Translations under genes and position numbers: made by a program
Part shown: piece by piece, positions 20,506 through 30,618 of the stretch
Layout: each line of letters opens with the position of its first letter
How positions within the stretch are numbered: position 1 is the first letter of the stretch
Origin: Pelagomonas calceolata
Taxonomy: Eukaryota
DNA length: 64,000 bases
Direction: 5' to 3'
Assembly (NCBI GenBank): GCA_918797485.1
Contig: CAKKNE010000003.1
Coordinates: 2,666,001 to 2,730,000, forward strand
Notes under the pieces: model-generated
Databases searched by the model: none
The model's input: the letters and a program-made list of their open reading frames with translations, nothing else
What the model was told of the DNA's origin: nothing

Positions 20506-21042
20506 GTGGATATCGACGCATCTTTTGTTTTTGCGAGACAGATGCGGCGCGTATTGATCGATGCAGGTGCCGACATCAACGCGCGAAATCGCAGGAATGA
20601 AACCCCACTCATAAGTGCGATTCAATTTGTTTGTGCGGGACAAGACAGGCCAAACCGACATCGCGTGGCTCTGGTCTCCGAGCTACTCAGAGCAGGCGCG
20701 TCTCTGGATATTCGAATTGATACAGGCCCTTACGGCATTTTTGACTCGGTCGACGACCTAGTACGAGCTATCGAACGCGAAATCGATGGGTTGCGCGATA
20801 ACAGGGACTGGGTCGCGATCCGCTCTCTCATCGAGGGCGTCCGCGCGGCGGGAGGGACGTGGGCCGCCTACGCACGTCTTCCTCGCCGGCGTGTTTTAAG
20901 ACTTCGGAGCTTGGTAGCCCGCGGTCGCGCGAGGACGGCCGACCCGATCCTCGAGCCCGTCTTCCGCCTCCCGAACGAAATGTGCTGGCACGTGCTCAAG
21001 TTCTGGCGCGCGACGTGTGCCACCACCGGCGAAGTCCTATAA
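20506..21042 (+). CDS. Ankyrin-repeat protein, apparently 5'-truncated
   Basis: LIDAGADINARNRRNETPLISA and ELLRAGASLD ankyrin motifs; no separate promoter space upstream. Confidence 0.6.
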   Translation: MDIDASFVFARQMRRVLIDAGADINARNRRNETPLISAIQFVCAGQDRPNRHRVALVSELLRAGASLDIRIDTGPYGIFDSVDDLVRAIEREIDGLRDNRDWVAIRSLIEGVRAAGGTWAAYARLPRRRVLRLRSLVARGRARTADPILEPVFRLPNEMCWHVLKFWRATCATTGEVL

Positions 21043-21066
21043 GACACAATCACATTTAACAAACAA

Positions 21067-22410
21067 CTATTCCGTCGCCATCGCCGCGAACCGGTTCGCA
21101 AGCCCGCCCGGCGAGTCCTCCGACGAGTCCGACGACGACGAGGCGTCGTCGGGCGCCACCGGCGCGGCCACGACGGGAGCCTTGCGCCGCTTCTTCAGCG
21201 CCGCGCGGTGCGGCTTCGACTGGCAGTGCCGCGCGAGCGCCGCCGCGGAGCCGAACGCCTTGTCGCAGACCTCGCAGCGGACCTCCTCGTCCGCAACGGC
21301 ATCCTCCTCCTCGGACTCCACGACGACCTCGTCGTCGGGGTCGAAGCGCGCCCCTTCCGGCTCGTCCTTCACTTCCGCCGCCCTTTCTCGCAACCACGCC
21401 GCGCGCTTCTCCTGAAAGAGGCGCCGCGCCTCCTCGGCGCGCCGCTCTGCCTCCTCGGCCTCCCGCGCTTCGGCCTCGGCGACCTGGCGCCGCCTCAACG
21501 CGACGCGCGGGTCGCGCCGCCGGCAGAAGTCCGCGAGCTTCCTCACTTGTCCTTCGTACGCGCGCCGCGCCTCCGTTCTACACGCGGCCAGCTGCTTCTC
21601 GACGCGTCTTCTTTCTTTCCGGTCGAAGGCCGCGTCGAACGCCTCCCTTAGTGAATCGGGCTCGGCCTCCCTAAACCCCCGGCAGCTCCGGAAGCTTCGA
21701 GCAGACGCGTAGAACCTATGGACTTGAGGCCACGCCGTGCCCGACCCCCCAAAGGCCGGCAGCGCCTCAAAAACAGCACCGTTCGCCTGGGCCGCGAGGC
21801 GCTCGGCCGCGTTGACGCACTCGAAGGCGTCGCGGAAGCAGGGGAAGAAGCCCGGCGGCGTCGTCGTCGTCGTCGTCGCAGCTCTCACGCAGAAGCGCTC
21901 GAGGGGCGTCCAGAGGAAGTTTAGGAACGGCGCGAGGCGTTGGGCCGCCTGGACGCCCACCAGCAGTATACGCGCTATCGTTTTTGTCAGCGAGTCCTCC
22001 GTGATGAGGACCTGTTCGCTTTCGCTATCGTCGAACTCCGCAAACGCTTCGCGCGAAAAGAAGGGCCAGAGCTCGGCCTCGAAGGCGTCCCAGACGTCCT
22101 CGGGGTCGCGTTTCGCTCGTCCTCTCCTCTTCTTCTGCTGCGGCGGCTCCTCGACCTCGTAGTCGTCCGGGTCCTCTCCCCTCAAGATCGCGTCCCTATG
22201 AGCATCATAGTAGGCCCGCTCCTGCTCGTCATACAAGCACTCGTAGGCGGCCTGCACCTCGCGGAAGGCCTCGGTCGCCTTTTGTGGGTCCTCGCCGCGC
22301 TGCTGCGCCTTGTCCGGGTGGAGCGCAATCACGAGCCGGCGGTAGGCCTTGCGGATGTCGTCTTCCGTGGCGCCTCTTGCCACTCCGAGGACGGCGTAGT
22401 GGCAGCGCAT
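21067..22410 (-). CDS. DnaJ protein, DNAJC21/Jjj1-like, with C2H2 zinc finger
   Basis: MRCHYAVLGV, HPDK J-domain, RRRDPRV, and CEVCDKAF...HCQSKPH zinc finger. Confidence 0.9.
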   Translation of the reverse strand: MRCHYAVLGVARGATEDDIRKAYRRLVIALHPDKAQQRGEDPQKATEAFREVQAAYECLYDEQERAYYDAHRDAILRGEDPDDYEVEEPPQQKKRRGRAKRDPEDVWDAFEAELWPFFSREAFAEFDDSESEQVLITEDSLTKTIARILLVGVQAAQRLAPFLNFLWTPLERFCVRAATTTTTTPPGFFPCFRDAFECVNAAERLAAQANGAVFEALPAFGGSGTAWPQVHRFYASARSFRSCRGFREAEPDSLREAFDAAFDRKERRRVEKQLAACRTEARRAYEGQVRKLADFCRRRDPRVALRRRQVAEAEAREAEEAERRAEEARRLFQEKRAAWLRERAAEVKDEPEGARFDPDDEVVVESEEEDAVADEEVRCEVCDKAFGSAAALARHCQSKPHRAALKKRRKAPVVAAPVAPDDASSSSDSSEDSPGGLANRFAAMATE

Positions 22411-22878
22411 CGCTGCTGTTCTCCCACGTGTCGCAGCGCTGGCGGTGTGTCGCCAGCGATGCTCAAAGGTCACGTAGGAGCGCTGTGAGCGTGGCACGGT
22501 GCTGGCACAGCCGCACCGCCGCCCAGTCCCACGGCAAGCGGCACCGGGTTTTTTTCAAAAACCCGTTTTGGACTGTATTCTACAGACAGTCAGCCTAGGG
22601 AGGACTCCGTAGAGGAGTCCTAACTAGGCCTCCTCCCATGGGACTGACCGCCGCCACCGCGCAGCTTGTTTGCTAGTGTGTTACAGGACGCTAGCTAGCG
22701 AATTTGCGCCTGTGCTCGCTTTTTGCGCGCAGTACGCTCAATTTGTCGATACGTGGCCTCGTGCGCGACTCCTGACACAGCCACAAACGCCCCAGCTAGC
22801 TCCCGCCGCCCGCCCCGGCCTTGCACACTGGTGTGCCCTGCCAGGCGAACTCGACGCCGCAGCGCGCCGCCAGAAGCC

Positions 22879-23280
22879 ATGGGCCGCCGCCGCGCCAAGG
22901 CCACCAAGGTCGTCAAAAAAAAGCAGCCGACGATGCAGACGGAGTTCAAGTGCCCCTTTTGTAATTATGAGAAATGCGTCGCCGCGAAGATGGATTATGA
23001 TAAGGAGACGGGGACGCTGGAGTGCCGCGTCTGCGCCGCGACGTACACGGCGACGATCAACTACCTGAGCGAGCCCGTCGACGTTTTTTCCGAGTGGATC
23101 GACCAGTGCGAGGCCGAGGACGAGGAGCGGGCGAAGCGCGACGCTGCTCGCGATAGGGGCGAGGACGTCGAGGAGGACGCGCCCGCGCCGAAGCGGACGC
23201 GGATTGATTTCGCCGATCCCGCGGAGGACGAGGCCGAGGTGGATCCCAACGATGACCCGGCGCTGCACGCGGGGCTGTGA
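22879..23280 (+). CDS. ELF1: Transcription elongation factor Elf1/ELOF1
   Basis: MGRRR...FKCPFCN...CRVC...INYLSEPVDVFSEWIDQCE zinc ribbon. Confidence 0.93.
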   Translation: MGRRRAKATKVVKKKQPTMQTEFKCPFCNYEKCVAAKMDYDKETGTLECRVCAATYTATINYLSEPVDVFSEWIDQCEAEDEERAKRDAARDRGEDVEEDAPAPKRTRIDFADPAEDEAEVDPNDDPALHAGL

Positions 23281-23440
23281 GGTCGTAACTAGGAATGGAT
23301 TATTTAACTAGTGCTCGAGGAAGTTTGTCGGATTGTGCCGCAGATCGCCGGCAAAGTCGATGAAGTGGCATGACTGACGAACCAGTCATTCGGTTGTAAA
23401 AGCGTCGTTGACCCCACTTCCTGCTCGCGCACTCGCGCGC

Positions 23441-24241
23441 TCACACGCCTGACGCCACCGACGAGTGGATCACGGTCCCGTCGGCGAGCGTCATGGTGCC
23501 GCCGGGCGACCGCGGGATAGGTGGCAGTTCCCTTTTCACATTTTCTAACTGCTCCAGTTCAATGTCCTGTGCGACTATCTGCTCGTGCAATTCTTCTATC
23601 GTCTTCTTGAGCAGCGCGGCGTCCTTGATACCGAGCGCCAACATCAGCTGGTTTTGCTGCGGGGTCCCCAGTGTCAGCGCCTCCACGACCTCCTCCTCCA
23701 CCAGCTGCCCGTTCCCATTCTTGTCGAGAACCCCGAAGGCGGCCTCGTCCCGCCTCTTTCCGTCGAAGCCCTCTGGCCGATGGCCCGGGGCGGTTCTCTG
23801 GTGCAGCAGCTGGAGCTGCTGACGCATCATGGGCTTCAACGCCTCGAGGGCCGGGCCCCCGTCCGTTGCCAGCATGTGGTGCGTGACGGCCATGTTGATG
23901 AAGACTGCGATTCTCACGTAGTCGTCGAAGAAGGTCTGGCTCTCCTCCCGGCTGAGCGTGCCGGTCCTGCTGGTGTCGTGCACCTCGAACGAGGCCCGCG
24001 CCAGAGCTCGCAGCTTCGGGTTGTGCGCTTCCAGCAAGCGGGCCAGCAGGAATGGTGCGGCGCACCCAGCGCCCATCAGCTCGCCAGTGACCTGCATGGT
24101 CTGCTTGTGGTAGGCCACGAGATTGGGCGCGGCCCGTTCCATTTCTTTCAGCTGCTCTCGCTGCCAAGCATCCAATCGGATCACTCCGAAGGGCGGCGCG
24201 ACCAGCGTCGATGAATTTTGCTTCGACGAATGGCAGCCCAT
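23441..24241 (-). CDS. EF-hand protein with MGC N-terminal acylation motif
   Basis: DTSRTGTLSREE and DKNGNGQLVEEE EF-hand loops; MGCHSSK N-terminus. Confidence 0.75.
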   Translation of the reverse strand: MGCHSSKQNSSTLVAPPFGVIRLDAWQREQLKEMERAAPNLVAYHKQTMQVTGELMGAGCAAPFLLARLLEAHNPKLRALARASFEVHDTSRTGTLSREESQTFFDDYVRIAVFINMAVTHHMLATDGGPALEALKPMMRQQLQLLHQRTAPGHRPEGFDGKRRDEAAFGVLDKNGNGQLVEEEVVEALTLGTPQQNQLMLALGIKDAALLKKTIEELHEQIVAQDIELEQLENVKRELPPIPRSPGGTMTLADGTVIHSSVASGV

Positions 24242-24665
24242 GGTCTGCGGACGGGGCCCGCTGGCCAATGCCCAGATCCGCCCTGAAATCAATTCCTAGT
24301 GTGTCCATACGCTAGCTCACTGAGTCTTGCGGCTCGCCAAATTACACCAGCGTTTGACGCCGCCATCTACCGTCCATATAGTACATCATATACACTCCAG
24401 CCCAGTTTTCATACAAGTTCGACGGAACCGGAGCCGACGGCCCGCGCTCGGAGAGCAGAAAAAGAATTCTACTAGACAACTCCCGAGTTTATGTTCGTTT
24501 CCTTCCGTTTGTTAGTGGTAGATTCCATCTTAATCGCCTCGGCGTGACTGAGCTACATTAGATGTCCCGTTAGAGCCTCACGGCGAAGCGACTTCGAGCC
24601 CCCGCGTTTATACAAAGGGGGGTGCAGAACCAATACCTGCGAGTATCAGCGACGCCACTACCCAG

Positions 24666-24997
24666 ATGGACCATAACGCCGTTGTTCTATTCACGATCGA
24701 CCGACTTGCCCGTTCTCCGCGGACGACGGTACGTTGACGGAGCACCGGAAAGGCCCCAGACCGGTGAGTTATAAAATAAATTTGCGTTTCAGGCGGTTCG
24801 GTTACCAGATGAGCCATCCAACCGGGTTGAACGTCTACTACATTTAATTACTTGTCCATAAATCACCGGGCGGCTCGGCCAACTCGCGAGCGCACGATCT
24901 CACTCATATGGGGTGCAACACCGGACCTGCGACCATCAGCCCGTGTACCATCACCATGGACCATAACTCGATCATTTGTTTCATGATCGACCGACTT
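24666..24997. repeat. Diverged 42-nt direct repeat in a non-coding island
   Basis: ATGGACCATAAC-N12-TTCA(C/T)GATCGACCGACTT at 24666-24707 and 24956-24997. Confidence 0.7.
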
Positions 24998-25876
24998 ACG
25001 CGAGGTCCAGATCAAGATGTTCACGTCCCGAGCGTGGTCGGCCCAAAGTACCCTTCTCGTGGTGTAGATGTCATATACTCGTAGTTGACTATCGCTGGGG
25101 TAGTATGGGACCCAGCGAGACCGCTACGGCGACTACTGGGGGCCCTCGGGTAATTGACGTTTTGACGGGGGACGGGGCGCCATCGGGTCCAAATTGTTTA
25201 CTTTTTTCGGATGTAGATCGGCTCTCGGACGCCCTCTGGGATAGGTCTGAGATCGGGTAGTCGCCTATAGCGCCTGCGCCGGTTCTTGGTGCTCCCCGAG
25301 AGCTCTGGATCGAGAAGTTGTCCGACTTGTGCTCAAGCCCGATGTCTGGCTGGGGACCTGTACTGATATGTATCCACCGATCGAAGCGCCCGCGCTTGCG
25401 GCGTAGGCGATTGCACATGTCTAGTATCGACCCTAGGCGACCCCCGGGAGGCCTCTGGACCGCGAATTGACTGGATTCCATCGGCGCGGTCGTCATGGCG
25501 GCGTCGTCAATATCGCGACGTCAAGAAATTAATTTTTTCACCCCCCAGGAGTCGTCCTATTTGTCTCTGTGGACCAGTATCGAACTGAAGGATACTCGAA
25601 TGAGTTCTTGGCAATACTCAAGCTAGCGGCTCTTAGGCTCTAGCGAGCCTAAAAGAAATTTTTGTGAAGCCAAACACAAACGTCACAAGCTGACTAGAGA
25701 GCTCGCGGACAGCAGATTCGCATCGTGCTGGCCGACATCAAACACCTGTCGGACGAGCACATCGTTAGACAGCCCGCAGCAAAAGTTGCCAGCTACCCGC
25801 AAAGTTGCCAGCAACAATAACCCCGCGGCGGGTCGCGGCTAGGCGGCCTAGCTCTAAGCAAAGCAAATTAAAAAAA

Positions 25877-26689
25877 ATGGCCTCCTACACGCAAGTCACA
25901 CCGGAGGAGGAAGTAGCAGGCTTGATGTCCGCCTCCGAGCGCCGCCGGCGCTTCATCGCGGCCGAGGCCGAGAAGGAGAACGCAATAAAAGCAAGAGCCG
26001 TCAACGCCCTCGCGGAGGACGAAGCGCTCGCGGCGCGCCTGCAGGACGCCGAGAACTCCGCAGCGAGCGAGCCGGTGGCCTTCAACGCGCACAGCGACAC
26101 TCTGACAGAGGAGGCGCTCGCGCGCCTCGCGGCCGAGGACAAGTCGGCGCAGGACGCGGCGCTGGCGCGGCGGCTCTCGGGCGCCGACGACCCGGACGCG
26201 GCGCTCGCGCGGCGGCTGCAGGCCGCGGAGGTCGTGCCCACGGCGGCGGCCGTCGAGGTCGACCCGGCGCTTGTCCGACAGGTCGCGGGCCGCATCGAGC
26301 GGCTGACCGTGAGCCACCAGGAGCGCGAACGCGCGGACGCGGCGCTGGCCCTGCGGCTCCAGAACGCCGAGCTCACGCAGGGGTCCGCCGTGCCCGAGGA
26401 GAAGGACGACGACGCCGCGATGGCCGCGCGCCTGCAGCGGGACGAAGCTATAGCGTACCGCGACGCGCGGCGCCGCCTGGACGCCTGGACGCCTGGCGAG
26501 ACCCGGACGCCCGTCGCGAGACCGGCCCGGTCGCGGGCCGCGGTGCGCGCGGACATCGCGAGCATCTACGCCGTGCACAACCCCGAGAAGCTCGACAACA
26601 TCGACGCGTTCCTGGACGAGGCGGGCCCCGGCAACGAGGAGGTCCTCCTCGAGGCGATCCAGGACAAGTACGGCGTGCCGCGGTCGTAG
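25877..26689 (+). CDS. Hypothetical protein with repeated DAALARRLQ (MIU-like) helices
   Basis: Five or more DxxLAxRL(Q) units; C-terminal YAVHNPEKLDNID...IQDKYG module. Confidence 0.7.
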   Translation: MASYTQVTPEEEVAGLMSASERRRRFIAAEAEKENAIKARAVNALAEDEALAARLQDAENSAASEPVAFNAHSDTLTEEALARLAAEDKSAQDAALARRLSGADDPDAALARRLQAAEVVPTAAAVEVDPALVRQVAGRIERLTVSHQERERADAALALRLQNAELTQGSAVPEEKDDDAAMAARLQRDEAIAYRDARRRLDAWTPGETRTPVARPARSRAAVRADIASIYAVHNPEKLDNIDAFLDEAGPGNEEVLLEAIQDKYGVPRS

Positions 26690-26717
26690 TAGTGTGTGCT
26701 AAGAGACTTCGTGTTAT

Positions 26718-27638
26718 TCACGCGTCGATCGCCGCGGCCGCCTTCGCCTCGGCCTCCGCGAGCTTCGCCTTGAGGGCCTCGTTCTCTCTCTTCAACTCGT
26801 CCACGTCGACGACCTCGTCCTCGACCGGCTTCTTGACCGGCGTGCCCGCGGCCGCGGCGACTTGTTCCAAGTCGCGCCGCGTCTCGCGCAGCTCCTTCGC
26901 GAGGGCCTCCTGGCGCTCCTCGGCGCGCTTCGCGCGCTCGTCGGCCTGGACGCAGAGCTTCTCCAGCCGCTCGACGGCCTCGTCCTGCCTTTGACGGGTA
27001 CTTTTCACGCGCGGCGGTTCCACGCGTGGAGGTAATGGAGGCGCCGCGCGCACCACCCTTCCGCACCACTCCCACTGCGCGGTGTCGCTCCGGTCCTCGC
27101 GGGGCGCGCGCCAGCCCTCCTGCGAGTAGCGCTGGCGCCGCGAGCCCGGGTACCGTCTCGACTCCCGCGAGTAGCCGTCGTGGAACCAGTCCCGCCGCGG
27201 CAGCGGCGCTAACCTTGAATCGTCGCGCTCGTCCTCGTCGTCATACCGCCGCGGCGCCTGCCACACGACCACCGGGTCGTCGCGCGGCCGCCGCTCCGCA
27301 AAGACGTCGTCGTCGCGCCGGCGCCGCTCGACGACGACAAATTCCTCATCATCATAGTCATCTCGACGCTCGGCAAAGCCCTGGACGGCGTCGCCGCGTC
27401 TCTTCGGCGACATCGCCACGAAGCGCGGCCGCTCGGCGACGTCGACGGCCGCCCGCTCCTGGCGCATCTCGAGCAGCGCGCGGCGCGTTCTTCTCAACTC
27501 GTCCTGGAGCTCGCGCTCTCTTTCACTCTCGCGCGGCGCGCGCCGGTCATCGTCATAGTCGTAGCTACGGCGCCGGGGCTCGACGTAGACGACGTCGGGC
27601 TCGTAGTCGCGCCGCGCACGGCCGTAGTAGGCGGGCAT
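26718..27638 (-). CDS. Hypothetical Arg/Asp-rich coiled-coil protein
   Basis: ATG-started ORF with typical codon usage; no family recognised. Confidence 0.6.
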   Translation of the reverse strand: MPAYYGRARRDYEPDVVYVEPRRRSYDYDDDRRAPRESERERELQDELRRTRRALLEMRQERAAVDVAERPRFVAMSPKRRGDAVQGFAERRDDYDDEEFVVVERRRRDDDVFAERRPRDDPVVVWQAPRRYDDEDERDDSRLAPLPRRDWFHDGYSRESRRYPGSRRQRYSQEGWRAPREDRSDTAQWEWCGRVVRAAPPLPPRVEPPRVKSTRQRQDEAVERLEKLCVQADERAKRAEERQEALAKELRETRRDLEQVAAAAGTPVKKPVEDEVVDVDELKRENEALKAKLAEAEAKAAAAIDA

Positions 27639-28040
27639 CGTTTCGTTGCCTGTTTTTGGCTGCCCGGGATGGGGGCGTTGCGACTACGAGCTTGTGGCGC
27701 TGCTGCCCGCGCTGTGTAACAGCCGCCGCGCGCACGCGGGTTGGTGGATTGCTACTCGTCGGGGAAGCATTCCTGCGGGAGCGATGTCTGGCTGGATAGC
27801 TACGGTGTGGGCGGGCTAGTGGGGCTAGCTAGGTACGAGCTTTGGACAATCGGGGTCGCTGCGCGTGAAGTGTGCCGCGGGAGATTGCAGCTAAGAGGTA
27901 GCGCTCCTGTTGATACGTAATTCATCCGCGCCGATCGCTTGGCATCGCTGCGACTAGCTAGCACACGCTGCAAGGCTCCCATCCCAACACAGCAGTGCTC
28001 TCCCGACGCCGCCGCGCAAGGCGCAACGCAACGAGAGAGG

Positions 28041-29381
28041 ATGATGATGGACGACAGCGACGACGAGTTCGTCCCCGACGACGACGTGCCCATGCGCCAG
28101 GCGAAGCCGCGGCCCGCCCCCAAAAAGAAGCCCGCGGCCGCCCCAAAAGGAAGGAAGAAGAAGGACCTCCCGAAGCTGACGCTCGGCCGCATCACGAAGA
28201 TCGGCGGCAGCGCCCCGCCGCCCGTCCCGCCCCCAAAGCCGAAGGCGAAGGCGCGCGCCGCCAAAGCGGAACCGCCGCGAGCCCCCGCGACCCTCAAGGA
28301 GATCTACCCCCACTGCGTCACCACCGAAAACACGAACAAGCGCTTCTTCAAAGAATGTACACATTTCGAGGGCCACCACCGTTTGACTGTGTCCTGCGTC
28401 GCGACGTTCGACAACCCCGCGACGCACACCCCATTGGTCGTCACGGGATCCGATGATGGCTTGGTGCTGGTCTGGGAGCCGCGCAACGGCCAGTGCATCG
28501 TCGTGCTGGCTGGGCACCGGGGCTGGGTGCGGTGCTTGTGTACGTACCTCGACCCGCACCACGGCGCGGCGTACGGCGGATTTCCCAGGATCGCGTCCGG
28601 CTCCTTCGACAAGAGCGTGAAGATCTGGGATCCCCTCGTGGGCGGCGCCCCGATCTACACGATTGACTTGCCGGCGATGGCTACTGGACTACTTGTATAT
28701 GTCTACGACAAGCAGGCCTATTTATGTCTGGCGACGGGCGGCCGCAACGAGGGCGAGACGACGCTGCGGATACGGACCATGTCCAAGGAGGCGGTCATCG
28801 GCCCGCCGAAGCCCAATGCACCACCTCCTCCGAAAAACACGACGACGATGCTCACCGGACACACGGACATGGTCTACGGCATGGCGACGTTCCACGACCG
28901 CGGCAGGCCCCGGTTGGTGACGGGGTCGCACGACAACCTCGTCAAGGTCTGGGACTTCCTGACGGGGAAAGAACTCTTGACGTTGCGGGGCCACGTCGAG
29001 GGCGTCAACTGCGTCGCCGCGGCCCAGAACGGCAATAAGCCGCTCGTGGCGTCGGGCGCCTACGACTGCAGCGTCGGGGTGTGGGACCCCATCAAAGGCG
29101 GCGGGCCCCTGCTCGTGCTGATGAACCCGGGGGCCGTCGTGACGGCCGTGGCCTTTTTCGCGTGCCCGAAGACGGGCAAGTGCCTGCTGGCCTCGGGCCA
29201 GTCGGACCGGACGCTGCGCGTCTGGGACGCGTTGAAAGGAGGCGACTACCTGCAGCAGGACGTCCTGCCCGACAAGATCCGGGCCATCGCGCCGTCGTTC
29301 GACGGCGTCCACCTGGCCGTGTCGCTCGGGATGATGTACGAGCCTGAAAGAGCTGCGGTAGGCTGTTGGCTAAGCGCGTGA
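28041..29381 (+). CDS. WD40-repeat protein
   Basis: Multiple GH...(S/T)GSxD..VKxWD repeats after a Lys/Pro-rich N-terminus. Confidence 0.9.
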   Translation: MMMDDSDDEFVPDDDVPMRQAKPRPAPKKKPAAAPKGRKKKDLPKLTLGRITKIGGSAPPPVPPPKPKAKARAAKAEPPRAPATLKEIYPHCVTTENTNKRFFKECTHFEGHHRLTVSCVATFDNPATHTPLVVTGSDDGLVLVWEPRNGQCIVVLAGHRGWVRCLCTYLDPHHGAAYGGFPRIASGSFDKSVKIWDPLVGGAPIYTIDLPAMATGLLVYVYDKQAYLCLATGGRNEGETTLRIRTMSKEAVIGPPKPNAPPPPKNTTTMLTGHTDMVYGMATFHDRGRPRLVTGSHDNLVKVWDFLTGKELLTLRGHVEGVNCVAAAQNGNKPLVASGAYDCSVGVWDPIKGGGPLLVLMNPGAVVTAVAFFACPKTGKCLLASGQSDRTLRVWDALKGGDYLQQDVLPDKIRAIAPSFDGVHLAVSLGMMYEPERAAVGCWLSA

Positions 29382-29927
29382 GTAGTATTTTGGGCAGCGA
29401 CGATGGCGGATCCCTCGGACGATAGTTTGCGAATCCAGAAAGCTTACGCGGGCCCGGGGGTGGTATCACGATGGATCTCGGCGGTTCGTTTTTTGGCGGC
29501 GGCGGCGGCGGGCGTCGGACGGGCGGCAGCACGGCGGGAGGGGAGGGGAAACGACGGGGGTTCGACACGGACTGGATCGTCATCAGGTCCTCATCGCTCT
29601 GCGTGGACGGCCCGCCTAAGAGCATCAGGTGGGCCGAACTCGTTTGCGGCGCTTCTCCGCCGCGCCGACGAATGGTCGGCGCGGCGGCGACACGGCTCCC
29701 CCGTACGATTCATCGGTGTGGCGGAGGAAAAACCGCCGCGGAACTCGTACTGTGGTCGAGGGGAGGGCATCGATTGTGTGGTAATGCCACACGTCAGCGT
29801 GTGGTTTGCGTCCAGGTCATCTGAGCGCGTCCAGCGTCGCGTCTGCTCGGCTCGGCGACGTCGGATAGCCCGCCGACTATGATGTCGGCGGGCGGTGGAG
29901 GCTTGATGGTCGCGCGCGGCAAATCGC

Positions 29928-30581
29928 CTACCTTGTATTTTGCCGTTTTGCGCCTTGATGCGCGCTTAGCGCGCGTGGCAGCATCCCTCCTGCTGGATGC
30001 TGCCGAAGCGGAGCCCGCGGCGCGCGCTGGGGAACTCGCAGATCTCCGACCCGTCGCAATCTGCTTGCGTCAGGCAGACCCTGCATGCGTGAACGGTTCG
30101 TCGCCGTATCGTACTGGAGGCCCGTCGTGCAGCGCGTGACCGTAAGGTTCGTGGCGGCCGTCGTGTTCGTGCAGGGCTTGCTGGAGCAGAACTTCGTCTC
30201 GACGCAGTAGCTGTGCTTGGAGATGGGGAGGACCTCGTCTTGGCCTAGGTCCAGGTCGGCAAAGCGAGCGTCGGAGATGATGGCTTGGGCCGGCAGGTAG
30301 GGTGGGACAAATCCTGCATCCCACCCCACTATCAGTCTACCGACACCTTCGGGCGGCATGTACGTCGCGGTTCCTTGCACGGAGCTGTCGAGCTCGCCGT
30401 CCACGTAAAGAGTGAGCTTCGAGTTAACGTTCGTGACCCTGATGTCGTAGGTCTTCTGGCCCGCCGCGAAGGCTGTTGCGCTAAATAATACAGTGTGCCT
30501 AGAGTTTGGTTTCCCATGATCTGGCTTGTCGTTTGATTGAACGACGGCCAATTTCCCGTCTGGGCCGAAGAAGAACATCAC
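29928..30581 (-). CDS. Possible gene fragment with a beta-sandwich (LamG/ConA-like) segment
   Basis: YDIRVT...LTLYVDGELD...RLIVG resembles ConA-like domains; starts 38 nt after the NSUN2 stop; 3' half looks degenerate. Confidence 0.35.
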   Translation of the reverse strand: MMFFFGPDGKLAVVQSNDKPDHGKPNSRHTVLFSATAFAAGQKTYDIRVTNVNSKLTLYVDGELDSSVQGTATYMPPEGVGRLIVGWDAGFVPPYLPAQAIISDARFADLDLGQDEVLPISKHSYCVETKFCSSKPCTNTTAATNLTVTRCTTGLQYDTATNRSRMQGLPDASRLRRVGDLRVPQRAPRAPLRQHPAGGMLPRALSAHQGAKRQNTR

Positions 30582-30618
30582 CGTCGCGCGCCGGGACCGG
30601 GTTTACCTCTAGGAACTC

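Noticed and set aside
21856..22025. ~55-aa insertion in DNAJC21 as a possible further introner
   Set aside because: No TSD/TIR or frame-preserving splice pair found by eye; treated as a protein insertion.
23340..23420. ATGA-containing hairpin (ATGACTG..CAGTCAT) after ELF1 as a second SECIS
   Set aside because: It is a simple Watson-Crick stem without the GA/GA quartet geometry, and neither flanking gene has an in-frame TGA at a Cys position.
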